64,000 nucleotides of DNA. Source: Methanolinea sp. (GTDB lineage Archaea; Halobacteriota; Methanomicrobia; Methanomicrobiales; Methanospirillaceae). The position numbers and the translations under genes are program-made. The stretch spans positions 17,913-81,912 of the forward strand of contig JALOPW010000002.1 of assembly GCA_025453675.1 (NCBI GenBank), in the 5' to 3' direction. Positions 48,830 through 57,539 of this stretch are shown piece after piece (position 1 is the first letter of the stretch; every line of letters begins with the position of its first letter). The notes beneath the pieces were generated by a model. That model was not told where the DNA came from. It saw only the letters and a program-made list of their open reading frames with translations, and did not search any database.

Positions 48830-49681
48830 CTATCCCAGTGGAAGTCCCAGGGGAGAGTAGAATTGGGAGATAACGAAGAGAAGTGCAGGCTGGTGAACGA
48901 GATATATCGCCAGTGAATGCCTGCCGAGGAGGCATACGCCCTCTTTTCCTGGCAGGTGATTGATAGGGAGGGGGCACTTCCTCACGCCCCGCGGGTAGAG
49001 CATGTGACCTATCCACACGCCGATAAGCACCACCCCGAACCACGGAAATACGGGGGTGTAGTCAAGGCTGGCGAAACCTGCAGGGTGTACACCCAGCCAC
49101 ACCAGCCATATTGGGCCCAAAATGCCACTGATGCCAAAGCCGACTGCAATCACCGCAAGTCCTGCAAAGAGATTTTCCCAGGCGAAGCGCAGGTAAAGGG
49201 GAGCCAGCATCACCGAGAGACCGATAAGGTGGAGGATCCCGAACAGTATGGGTTCTCCCGGGACCATCACCAGGGTCACTCCGGTGATTATACATCCCAA
49301 TCCTATGATCCCGGCCCCCCTGCACAGGTATTTCATGAGAAAAGATCGTCGATCAAGAGTCTTCTGTGCCCTTGCCCCACTGAGGGTAAGTGAGAGGCCG
49401 ACCAGGAGAAGGAAGAGGGAGGCCGTGCACACTGCCAGGAGTTTCCACGGACCTGAATGGACATCAGCGTCCCAGATTCCAAAGTATGCCAGGTCGAAGC
49501 CCGCATGGAAGACGACCATCATGACCACCGCGATCCCCCGGCAATAGTCAATCTCCCAGAACCGTTGTGGGAATGGTCCCGGTCGTGTCCATACTCCTGG
49601 AACAAGATGCAATATATCCACGGTCTCTTCACACTCTTTGGCGGGGGAGAGCAAAATATCAATCATTAATTCCTCCCCCAT
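48830..49681 (-). CDS. DUF1624 (heparan-alpha-glucosaminide N-acetyltransferase-like) membrane protein
   Basis: REIDYCRGIAVVMMVVFH..FDL near the N-terminus and about 8 TM segments. Confidence 0.7.
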   Translation of the reverse strand: MGEELMIDILLSPAKECEETVDILHLVPGVWTRPGPFPQRFWEIDYCRGIAVVMMVVFHAGFDLAYFGIWDADVHSGPWKLLAVCTASLFLLLVGLSLTLSGARAQKTLDRRSFLMKYLCRGAGIIGLGCIITGVTLVMVPGEPILFGILHLIGLSVMLAPLYLRFAWENLFAGLAVIAVGFGISGILGPIWLVWLGVHPAGFASLDYTPVFPWFGVVLIGVWIGHMLYPRGVRKCPLPINHLPGKEGVCLLGRHSLAIYLVHQPALLFVISQFYSPLGLPLG

Positions 49682-49754
49682 ACAATAACCAATCTGGGGA
49701 GCCTGTTACCCGGAGGGTAGGCAGGGAAAAAACCCTTATACAGGAGCATTTACC

Positions 49755-50336
49755 ATGATTGACAGACTGCTTGAAGGAAACAAGAAGTTCAGGGAGGGCT
49801 TTTTCAAAGAGAACCAGGCACACTACCAGGAACTCACCAAGGGTCAGAGCCCCACGGTGCTCTGGATTGGGTGCTCTGACTCGAGACTTCAGACTGGCCA
49901 CATCACCCAGGCAATGCCTGGCACCCTCTTCATGCACCGGAACATCGGGAATGTCGCGCCTCTCCATGACTGGAATTTTGCGACGGTGCTTGAGTATGCC
50001 ATCCGGCACCTGAAGGTGAAGGACATCGTAATCTGTGGCCACTCGGACTGCGGGGCTATCAAGGCACTTGACAAAGAGACGGATGACGTATATATCCCGC
50101 TCTGGCTCAACAATGCAGTCGAGGCGAAGACCCGCGTTGATGCAAAGATACCAACACCGAAAACACCGGAGGCTGCGAAAGAGCGCTCCCGGATGATCGA
50201 GATGGAGAATATCAGGTTACAGATCGAGCATCTCAAGCGTTATCCCGTGGTGAAAAAAGCTCTTGAAGAGAAGAAGATCCAAATCCACGGGCTATATTAC
50301 AACCTTGACAATGGGGAACTCTCCAGGGTCACCTGA
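49755..50336 (+). CDS. Beta-class carbonic anhydrase
   Basis: Zn ligands in IGCSDSR and CGHSDCGA. LLEGNKKF N-terminus. Confidence 0.9.
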   Translation: MIDRLLEGNKKFREGFFKENQAHYQELTKGQSPTVLWIGCSDSRLQTGHITQAMPGTLFMHRNIGNVAPLHDWNFATVLEYAIRHLKVKDIVICGHSDCGAIKALDKETDDVYIPLWLNNAVEAKTRVDAKIPTPKTPEAAKERSRMIEMENIRLQIEHLKRYPVVKKALEEKKIQIHGLYYNLDNGELSRVT

Positions 50337-50676
50337 AAGAGAGGATCTTCTCGGTCTCTTTTTGCATCATCGGCAGCGATATACGGCCCATCGGGATCAG
50401 TTTTCCATTCATCACCACAAACGGGATGGGGGGGTAGTGGGTGGCGATGATTTCCCTGATATGTTCGGGCATGTCTTCATCGATCAGTACCAGCCTCATC
50501 TCAATACCTGAACCGAACTGCTTCATGAGCTCCTTTTTTAAGGCTTCAAACGCGGGAACCAGTTTACCCGTAGGGTGGCAGTCATACAGTCCGCAGGTGC
50601 GTGTCATATCGCAGGGAAAGGGAGAGCAGGTGGAGTCCTTGAGTCCCACCACTTCAATTGAGATGGTCTCTGCCAT
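50329..50676 (-). CDS. Cys-rich small protein with a probable thioredoxin-like (ArsD-like) fold
   Basis: 115 aa. N-terminal CSPFPCDMTRTCGLYDC. The C-terminal PPIPFVVMNGKLIPMGRISLP resembles the ArsD/Trx-fold ending (weak, from memory). Its 3' end overlaps the carbonic anhydrase 3' end by 8 nt. Confidence 0.45.
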   Translation of the reverse strand: MAETISIEVVGLKDSTCSPFPCDMTRTCGLYDCHPTGKLVPAFEALKKELMKQFGSGIEMRLVLIDEDMPEHIREIIATHYPPIPFVVMNGKLIPMGRISLPMMQKETEKILSFR

Positions 50677-50791
50677 GCTATACAGGTTGGAAAAGTATCC
50701 TACATTAGTGTACGCTAGGTGCCAGCATACTCCCTGTCACCGTTGCATGGATCCCGCCCGGGGGAGATCTATTGCCTGCCCTGAAACGAGA

Positions 50792-51298
50792 TCACAGGAA
50801 TTGCTCAAACCTGTCCTGGGTGGCCTTGCATACAGGGCAGACCAGCGGAGGGGCCTCCCGGGCGCAGAGGTATCCGCACACCCTGCACCGCCACACCGGC
50901 AGGGGCAGTGCCCTGGAGAGTCCTGCATGTACCACGGGTTTTTTCGCCCTATCTTTTCTGGGAGGCCGCCTCTCGGGGATGCACGACACCTGGGTCTTAC
51001 CGGATGCCAACTCCCCGGAGACGTACAGCGCGCAATAGCAGGCACCATACTCATTCAGGTCAGGGTCGCGGTAGTCACACGGGCAGATGATATCAAGGTC
51101 ATCCTCCCTCTTCCCGGAAGCCAGCCGGCAGGGGCAGGCAGCATACCCATAGCGCTGTTCATTCACACATATTCCTGCAACCAGGTTCTTTACAAATGCC
51201 TGATCTGGATTGAGAAGGTACCCTCCAGCCTCAGCTTCCTGGCGCAGTTTCGACATCCGCGCATCTATCGTGCCTTCTGGGATTCCCTCCCCTGTCAT
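50792..51298 (-). CDS. Ferredoxin:thioredoxin reductase catalytic-subunit-like domain fused to a C-terminal rubredoxin
   Basis: CPCR...CPCD...CYC (FTR catalytic-subunit Cys pattern), then WRCRVCGY...CPVCKA (rubredoxin CxxC pairs). Confidence 0.85.
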   Translation of the reverse strand: MTGEGIPEGTIDARMSKLRQEAEAGGYLLNPDQAFVKNLVAGICVNEQRYGYAACPCRLASGKREDDLDIICPCDYRDPDLNEYGACYCALYVSGELASGKTQVSCIPERRPPRKDRAKKPVVHAGLSRALPLPVWRCRVCGYLCAREAPPLVCPVCKATQDRFEQFL

Positions 51299-51573
51299 TT
51301 CAGCGCCTCACGAATCTCTGCTTCGCGGAAGCCTGCAATGCTCCTGGACCCATCGATCACAAGAGTGGGAAACGATCCGCTCGGATTAAATCTCTCCACT
51401 TCCCGGATAGCCTCCTCCATCTCTGCCGGGGGAAGCCTGTCCACGAAGACGAAATGATACTCCACCCCCAGGTCATTGAGGAGCTGCTTGGTCTTCGCGC
51501 ACCACCCGCAGGTGGAGAGGGCATAGAGCCTGATCTCTCCTTTTTTCCTGCCTTTCACGTGTTCCATATGCAT
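51295..51573 (-). CDS. Glutaredoxin/thioredoxin-like small redox protein (CGWC active site)
   Basis: 92 aa. IRLYALSTCGWCAKTKQLL...FPTLVIDG is the Grx/NrdH-like fold pattern. ATGA overlap with the FTR-rubredoxin gene. Confidence 0.8.
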   Translation of the reverse strand: MHMEHVKGRKKGEIRLYALSTCGWCAKTKQLLNDLGVEYHFVFVDRLPPAEMEEAIREVERFNPSGSFPTLVIDGSRSIAGFREAEIREALK

Positions 51574-51687
51574 ATCAGATCATTCAGGGAAACCTGCTCC
51601 ATACTATTGGGAAGGCGCACGAGAGATATAAGTCTATCAGGATGGGATCTCGCGCATCCCCTGGCCAGAAGTGTATTCCGGAAGCAG

Positions 51688-51933
51688 TTAAAGTGCCTGG
51701 GAGAGCTTTTGGATCTGGATGAGAAGGTACTCGAACCATTGCTGGAGGCAGTTGAAGAATGCCAGAACCTGCTCCTGCGCAAGGGTGACAAACTGCAAAA
51801 TAGGCCCGGCCTCCTCCCCTGCAGGGCTTCCTGTGCCGATCATGGCGGTGAGACCAATGATCACGATGAGAGCAAGTACGATAATAATCATCAGGAGCAC
51901 AATCAACAGAATGGTAAAGGAACCCGCTCGCAT
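51688..51933 (-). CDS. Small single-pass membrane protein, hypothetical
   Basis: 81 aa. Strong SD (AGGAGGGAGC) directly before the ATG. N-terminal TM ILLIVLLMIIIVLALIVIIGL. Confidence 0.45.
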   Translation of the reverse strand: MRAGSFTILLIVLLMIIIVLALIVIIGLTAMIGTGSPAGEEAGPILQFVTLAQEQVLAFFNCLQQWFEYLLIQIQKLSQAL

Positions 51934-52018
51934 GCTCCCTCCTAGGGATGGTAGTGTGTATGACTATTTAAATGATTACATTTCCAATTCGGAGATGAAT
52001 AAGAGGAGAATAGGGTCT

Positions 52019-52231
52019 TTACCCCGATGACTTCTTTTCATCTTTCTTCAATTCCAGTATCAGCATCACACAGAGAATCGCAGAGAATCCCAGCACAATG
52101 AGGGTGAGGAAGAGACTCACAAAGATCATAACACCCTGCGCAGTGAGAAATCCCACCCAGAGGAGGGCTACAAAACAGATAAGATAATAAAAAACCCACC
52201 CCCTGGGGTCGCGCATCTGCATATTCGCCAT
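52019..52231 (-). CDS. Small two-TM membrane protein, hypothetical
   Basis: 70 aa with two hydrophobic helices and a Lys-rich tail. GGAG lies 3 nt before the ATG. Confidence 0.45.
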   Translation of the reverse strand: MANMQMRDPRGWVFYYLICFVALLWVGFLTAQGVMIFVSLFLTLIVLGFSAILCVMLILELKKDEKKSSG

Positions 52232-52281
52232 TATCTCCGGACCCCCATTTAAATATTGTTATTTTTTATCAGGAGGAGATA

Positions 52282-53370
52282 ATGGCGGATCTCTTCCCGT
52301 ATCGCCGTCCTCATTTCCTATTCGATACTATTCTTACCACCCCTGACCATGCACTATATATGACCAGATCAGGCATCCTGTTCGTTCTCCTTCTCATGGT
52401 TCTCCCGTGTGCTGTCCAGGCCCTGGTTACAGAGAGCGGGGAGAGGGTTCTTTTTGAACGCCCGGTAAACGATGACGTCTTTGCCGCGGGCGGAAAGGTG
52501 ATGGTGAATGCACCTGTTCAGAGCCTCATCGCCGCAGGAGGTGAGATCGAGATCAATGCCCCTGTGGAAGGCGACGTGATCGCTGCAGGGGGTACGATCA
52601 CCATCAATGCCCCGGTGAGGGGAAAAGTCGTCCTGGCCGGGGGGCTGGTCACCCTGAATGGTAGCATAGGAAGAAATGTCCTAATCCACGCAGGTGATGT
52701 AAAGATCACGGAAGGTACCACAGTTGGTGCTGATGCGCTGATATCGGCAAGCCAGGTCTCCAATATGGGTGATGTGGAGGGGAACCTCACGGTCTCAAGC
52801 CACGAGTTCACCCATACCGGGACGGCAAGTCATCTCTCGTATACGAGGGAAAGTTCCTCTCTTGGGGAGGGTTTGCTCGGGTTCCTCTCCCTGGCAATGC
52901 TCCTCTTTTCTGCCGGGATGGGTATCCTTGGCCTCCTCCTGATCAGGCTTGCCCCCGGCCCATACCAGCTGGTCGAGGGAGAGGTGCGATCGCGCCCGCT
53001 GCTGAAGGGGCTGGCGGGGCTGGGCGGGATCCTGGGCGGAATCATCCTCGCCGTTCTCCTCACCATCACTCTGATAGGGCTTCCGGTGGCCATATGTGTC
53101 ATCATGGGTCTGGTCTCGGGGCTGCTCTTTGCCACGCTGTGTGTCTCCTCGTCGCTCGGGAAAGTCATAGGTGACCGTTTTGGCTGGAGCATGAAGACAT
53201 GGCAGCATTTCCTGCTGGGATTTGTGATCCTGCAACTGGGATTCCGGATCCCCTTCCTCGGGCTGGTGATCCTGGTGATCTGCCTCTGTCTTGGATTCGG
53301 GGCCCTCTTGTATGCCCTTCCGTCCTGCCGCGGCCTCCTCTCAGGAAGGGAAGAGGAAGTAGGCAGGTAG
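52282..53370 (+). CDS. Membrane protein with an N-terminal beta-helix-like repeat domain (bactofilin/polymer-forming-like) and a C-terminal multi-TM domain
   Basis: About six 16-17-residue repeats (AAGGKVMVNAPVQS / AAGGEIEINAPVEG / AAGGTITINAPVRG / LAGGLVTLNGSIGR ...) followed by 4-5 TM segments. AGGAGG SD before ATG 52282. An internal Met at 52360 begins a signal-like segment. Confidence 0.6.
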   Translation: MADLFPYRRPHFLFDTILTTPDHALYMTRSGILFVLLLMVLPCAVQALVTESGERVLFERPVNDDVFAAGGKVMVNAPVQSLIAAGGEIEINAPVEGDVIAAGGTITINAPVRGKVVLAGGLVTLNGSIGRNVLIHAGDVKITEGTTVGADALISASQVSNMGDVEGNLTVSSHEFTHTGTASHLSYTRESSSLGEGLLGFLSLAMLLFSAGMGILGLLLIRLAPGPYQLVEGEVRSRPLLKGLAGLGGILGGIILAVLLTITLIGLPVAICVIMGLVSGLLFATLCVSSSLGKVIGDRFGWSMKTWQHFLLGFVILQLGFRIPFLGLVILVICLCLGFGALLYALPSCRGLLSGREEEVGR

Positions 53371-53493
53371 GTGAGAGGGGACCTCCCACCCCCCCCTCCC
53401 CGGCTAAGCTGTTGATCGGGGAAAATGACAGGATAACAGGATTTAAGGTGTAAATCGAAACATATATGCCCCTAAAGTATCTCATTCGATAGT

Positions 53494-54993
53494 ATGTGTG
53501 CGCGCTTTTTTGACCGCTTTTTCAAGCCCCGGCCACATATCGTGGAGAGCCCACCTCCACCGTCCATCGCGCACGGACCTGGCGTATATGTCCCTGAATT
53601 CAAGATAAAACCTTATTTTATAGTGGCTTCGGTGGAGATGGGAAATACCACTACGAAGTGTATCCTCACCGGGGTGAACCTGGAGACGGGGATGAGCTAC
53701 GTTATCAACAAGACCGTGAAGATGAGCAGGGATGTCCGCAAACCAAGACCTGGTGAGGCAGTATTCGGGGAGACCCTGGATGGGACCCAGCTGACGAGGG
53801 AATCGGTGACGGAGCTCGTACGGGATACGCTGATCCAGTGCCACCGTGACGTACATCTGGACATCCAGAAGGACCTTGATTTCGTGGTGCGGAGTACGGG
53901 AGTGGTGGCGGCAATGGATTCCCCCGACCAGGTGGGCGAGTTCGTGCTGGCGCTTGCAAACGGCTGTCTCCTCGCGGGGGTGCCTCCCCGGAAGATGACT
54001 CCCCCCATGTCCAAGGCCAACCAGGCCCAGAAACTCCAGCCTTTCAGCTACGCGGACAAGGTGGTCTTCATAGGGGCGGTCGCAGGCGTCATCCCGCCTG
54101 TAGGGAGCACGGGAGTGGAGATGGTGGCAAACGAGATGGAAGGGGAACTTGCGATGGCAGGCATCAAGGAAGGGGCCAAGTGGACTCCTGTCGACTTCAG
54201 GAATCCCTGCATCTCCATCGATTTCGGGACCACCCTTGATGGCCGTATCACCAGTGACGTGGCCCCTGCTGAGAGGAACCCGTTCGCCAAGACCATCGGA
54301 AATTTCTGTGGGCTTGCAGGAGCAATTCCCGATGCCATCGTAAAAGGGACAGGACTCGTGGACTCCCATACCGGGACCGCGCTGGACGTGTTCGGTGACC
54401 GGAGCGTGGTGAGCGATTTCGCCCTCAAAGGACAGACTGATGTGGTGAAACGCTACGTTGACCGTGCCCATGAATTGATCGACATACGGCTGGTGCCCCC
54501 TGACAGGCGGAGGTTTGGAAGGGTGCCCGTGTATGCGGATGTGGCAACGGAGTCGGGGGTGGCCCTCATAGGCTGTGATGCCGGGGAGAACGGGAGCAAC
54601 CTTCCGGCACTGCTTGATCTCGGCAAAGAGATCTACGCACAGCACAGCTTAAGCCTCCTCAACGAGATCATCGACCGGGTATGTGCACGCATGGCGCTCC
54701 GCCTGGTTGATGTGGCGAACGAACTCGGGATGGTGTATCCCAACTCATGCATCGGGTTCACCGGGAGAGCAGCTATTTCCGGGAGGAAACCGGATTATAT
54801 TCTGGAAGGGATCACCGAGAGGAATCTCTTCGAGAACCCAAACGACCGCCTGGTCTTTGTGGACGACGGGCTTGCCAGGGGTGCTGCCCTCATGGGACGG
54901 TGTATGAACTCCCTGGGCAAACCCAAAAATCCCATCGGTGGGATTCGGGGGGGGCCCTGCATCATGGCCCGGAGGATAAAGATCGGCAAATGA
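53494..54993 (+). CDS. Candidate methanogenesis marker protein 14 (actin/ASKHA-like fold), assignment from memory
   Basis: 499 aa. FIVASVEMGNTTTKCIL resembles an ASKHA phosphate-1 motif and my recollection of TIGR methan_mark_14 N-termini. The antisense ORF 53482..54645 has His/Arg/Pro-rich artefact composition. Confidence 0.5.
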   Translation: MCARFFDRFFKPRPHIVESPPPPSIAHGPGVYVPEFKIKPYFIVASVEMGNTTTKCILTGVNLETGMSYVINKTVKMSRDVRKPRPGEAVFGETLDGTQLTRESVTELVRDTLIQCHRDVHLDIQKDLDFVVRSTGVVAAMDSPDQVGEFVLALANGCLLAGVPPRKMTPPMSKANQAQKLQPFSYADKVVFIGAVAGVIPPVGSTGVEMVANEMEGELAMAGIKEGAKWTPVDFRNPCISIDFGTTLDGRITSDVAPAERNPFAKTIGNFCGLAGAIPDAIVKGTGLVDSHTGTALDVFGDRSVVSDFALKGQTDVVKRYVDRAHELIDIRLVPPDRRRFGRVPVYADVATESGVALIGCDAGENGSNLPALLDLGKEIYAQHSLSLLNEIIDRVCARMALRLVDVANELGMVYPNSCIGFTGRAAISGRKPDYILEGITERNLFENPNDRLVFVDDGLARGAALMGRCMNSLGKPKNPIGGIRGGPCIMARRIKIGK

Positions 54994-55003
54994 GGAGGTC
55001 AGA

Positions 55004-55294
55004 ATGAACGCAGAAGAGAAGAGGCAGGATATACCCGACAAGAATGAGACCCCGGCAGGGGCTGATGAGGAACTCTTTGATCTCCTTATACCCCCTGGTG
55101 TCCCACGGTCGATTATTGCGGACATCATCACCCAATTCGACGTGCAGCTGGTCGAGCGCAAACAGCGGCTCCACTTCGCGAACATGGATGGAGACGAGCG
55201 GGAGATCCTTGCATTCCGGGGAACACGTGCGAAAGTGGAGAAGGTGCAGGACTACATGTTCAAAGAACTGCAGAAATTTATTGACGAGAAATAA
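55004..55294 (+). CDS. Small acidic hypothetical protein coupled to the preceding gene
   Basis: 96-aa ORF starting 10 nt after the upstream stop, preceded by GAGGAGG. No family recognised. Confidence 0.5.
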   Translation: MNAEEKRQDIPDKNETPAGADEELFDLLIPPGVPRSIIADIITQFDVQLVERKQRLHFANMDGDEREILAFRGTRAKVEKVQDYMFKELQKFIDEK

Positions 55295-55406
55295 GATCTC
55301 TCTTTTCCTGTTCACCAGGTTTTCCTGCATATCCCCGGAGGACCAGACAATCGGGGGCTCACCTCTTCTCGATGAGGGATTTGCGATTCTTTTATCCCGT
55401 TTTGGT

Positions 55407-55451
55407 ATGAAAACCGCATCCGCGGTTTTCATCAGGAGGGCATGTGACCCG
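55407..55451. repeat. 45-nt hairpin-containing motif, copy 2
   Basis: ATGAAAACCGC-ATCC-GCGGTTTTCAT (perfect 11-bp stem) followed by CAGGAGGGCATGTGACCCG. Lies between convergent genes. Confidence 0.7.
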
Positions 55452-55551
55452 ACTGTCTCATGTGCGTTGTCATTTGAGATATCCCGGGTACATCCGGGGA
55501 TTCTACCAATTTTCATCCCGGTGAGAGAGATATGAGTGTGTTGTTGCACCT

Positions 55552-56511
55552 CTAGAGGTCAGGCATCTGAATTGCCATGTACCAGGCATGAAGCGCAAGG
55601 ATGAGATAGATGGGGAAGAGGACGAAGAAAGAGATGAATTCTCCGGTGGTGGTGAACGTCCAGATGGTGGCGTATACGTCAATCTGGAAGATGAGCACGC
55701 CCCACCAGAGCCCGATATACATGTACCCCATACCTGGGAGCATGAAGTTTAAGAAACCGGCGATGAGGGGGTTTTTCCTCACCCGCGGCCGGCGTGCCAG
55801 GGCTCTTGGGAGGAAACGCATCGGCAGCCCGCAGGAGGGAGCGGCCTGCACCGCCTCCCAGCGGACCTCCTCATCGGGATCGCGGGTGGAACGGTACAGT
55901 ATAGGAATAGCCTCCCTTGCACGAAGAACACCAAGCGCCCTCACGGCCTGAAGCCTGACATTCCTGTCCTGGTCCCTGAGCGCATTTCCAAGGGCTTGCA
56001 CGGCGTCTGGTCCATGCCCTTCCAGTCTCTCCCAGTCCTGCATCCCGACCAGCAGGAATGCCTCATCTGACTCATTCACCGGTTGCCAGGAGAGTTTCTG
56101 CAGCGAGAGGGCGGCCCCGTAGCGGACGTACTTGTCCTCGTCCTCAAGAGCTTTCCGCAGGGCCGGAATGGCAGCATGGTCGCCTATCTCTCCCAGGGCA
56201 AGGGCCGCTTCCCAGCGGACCTCGTTGCTCCTGTCCCCCATCTGACGTATGAGGGGATCGAGGGCACGGTTATCCCCGATCATCCCGAGAGCCTCGATGA
56301 TCCCGAGGCGAGCTTCTTTATTCCGGGTCCCGAGGGCCTCGATAAGATAGTCCAGACCTTCACTCCCGAGATCTCCCAGCGCCTGGGCAGCCTTCCACTG
56401 GACCCCTGGGTCCCTGTGGCGGAGTGCGCTCGTTAATCCCCCAAAATCTCTTCTCTCCTTCAATGCCGGGACATCAGGGATGGTGAGATCCAGGAACCAC
56501 CCCGGGATCAT
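55552..56511 (-). CDS. HEAT-repeat (PBS-lyase-type) protein with a C-terminal two/three-TM anchor, paralog 1
   Basis: Repeated D..VR..AA.ALG.IGD..A...L units, then NPLIAGFLNFMLPGMGYMYIGLWWGVLIFQ... as the hydrophobic C-terminus. Confidence 0.8.
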   Translation of the reverse strand: MIPGWFLDLTIPDVPALKERRDFGGLTSALRHRDPGVQWKAAQALGDLGSEGLDYLIEALGTRNKEARLGIIEALGMIGDNRALDPLIRQMGDRSNEVRWEAALALGEIGDHAAIPALRKALEDEDKYVRYGAALSLQKLSWQPVNESDEAFLLVGMQDWERLEGHGPDAVQALGNALRDQDRNVRLQAVRALGVLRAREAIPILYRSTRDPDEEVRWEAVQAAPSCGLPMRFLPRALARRPRVRKNPLIAGFLNFMLPGMGYMYIGLWWGVLIFQIDVYATIWTFTTTGEFISFFVLFPIYLILALHAWYMAIQMPDL

Positions 56512-56545
56512 CTCCCCATACCCCCCGGATCGCTCGTACGCAGGA

Positions 56546-57511
56546 TCATATATCCGGCATCCCCCTTACCAGGTGCCAGGTATGGACAACGGCAATAGAT
56601 GAGACTATGAGAGAGAGGAGATAGGGGATGATCGAACCATATACCAGGCTGAGGATCATCACGGTGTTGATATTGACCTGGAAGAGGAGGAAACCCCACC
56701 ATTTCCCAAGGTAATTATAACCAAGGCCGAGGAAGAAAATGTTGAGAAAAATTGCGACATAGAGGCTCTTTCCGGTCCGGACCCTCCGGGACATGACCCC
56801 GGGGAGATACATAGGGGGAACCTGGCAGTGAGGGAACGCCAGGCTCGCTCTCCAGCGCACATCAGGGTCAGGATCTTTCATCGCCTTGTCACAAAATTTC
56901 TGCGTGACCGGGTCGCCCAGCATTCCAAGCAGGGAGACGGCCGCTCTCCTGATGCGAGGGTCAGGGTCATCCAGATACTCCGTCAGGACAAGGGCCGGGA
57001 CAACTCCGACGCCGGGAATTGCGCTCCAGGCCTGGCGGGCGACCAGGAGCCTCACCTCCTCCTCAGCATCATGCGGTCTCCATTCCAGTTGCGTGAGCGC
57101 TTCTGCTGCTCCAAAGCGCACGTACTTATCCCTGTCCCTTAGCCCTCCCCGCAGCGCCGGGATGGCGTCTTCTTTTCCGATCTCACCAAGGGCGATTGCT
57201 GCGATCCAGCGCATCTCGTTGCTTGGGTCCGCCGAGAGGATCCGGGAAAGGATCGGGATGCTGGCCGGACTCCGGATCCTGGCCATGGCCTCCAGTGTAC
57301 CGAGCCTTTCCCTCACTTTCCCATGCCCTGCCCGTGAATGGAGCATGGAGATAGCTGGCTGACCGAGCCTTCCCAGGGCATCCGCAGCCTCGTTCCGAAT
57401 CGTATACTCCCTGCTGGAGAGGAGATATATCAGGCCCCTGATATCTCCCCTTGATTCGAGCGCAGGTACATCCGGGGGATCTGTCTGGCGAATCAACTCC
57501 GCCAGGCTCAT
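56546..57511 (-). CDS. HEAT-repeat (PBS-lyase-type) protein with a C-terminal TM anchor, paralog 2
   Basis: Collinear with paralog 1: PDVPALE.R.D, DKYVRFGAAEAL, DPDPDVRWRA, FLNIFFLGLGYNYLGKWWGFLLFQ, and the ending MPDI versus MPDL. Confidence 0.8.
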   Translation of the reverse strand: MSLAELIRQTDPPDVPALESRGDIRGLIYLLSSREYTIRNEAADALGRLGQPAISMLHSRAGHGKVRERLGTLEAMARIRSPASIPILSRILSADPSNEMRWIAAIALGEIGKEDAIPALRGGLRDRDKYVRFGAAEALTQLEWRPHDAEEEVRLLVARQAWSAIPGVGVVPALVLTEYLDDPDPRIRRAAVSLLGMLGDPVTQKFCDKAMKDPDPDVRWRASLAFPHCQVPPMYLPGVMSRRVRTGKSLYVAIFLNIFFLGLGYNYLGKWWGFLLFQVNINTVMILSLVYGSIIPYLLSLIVSSIAVVHTWHLVRGMPDI

Positions 57512-57539
57512 CTGAGTTCATCCCGGTTCCATTCCAGGC

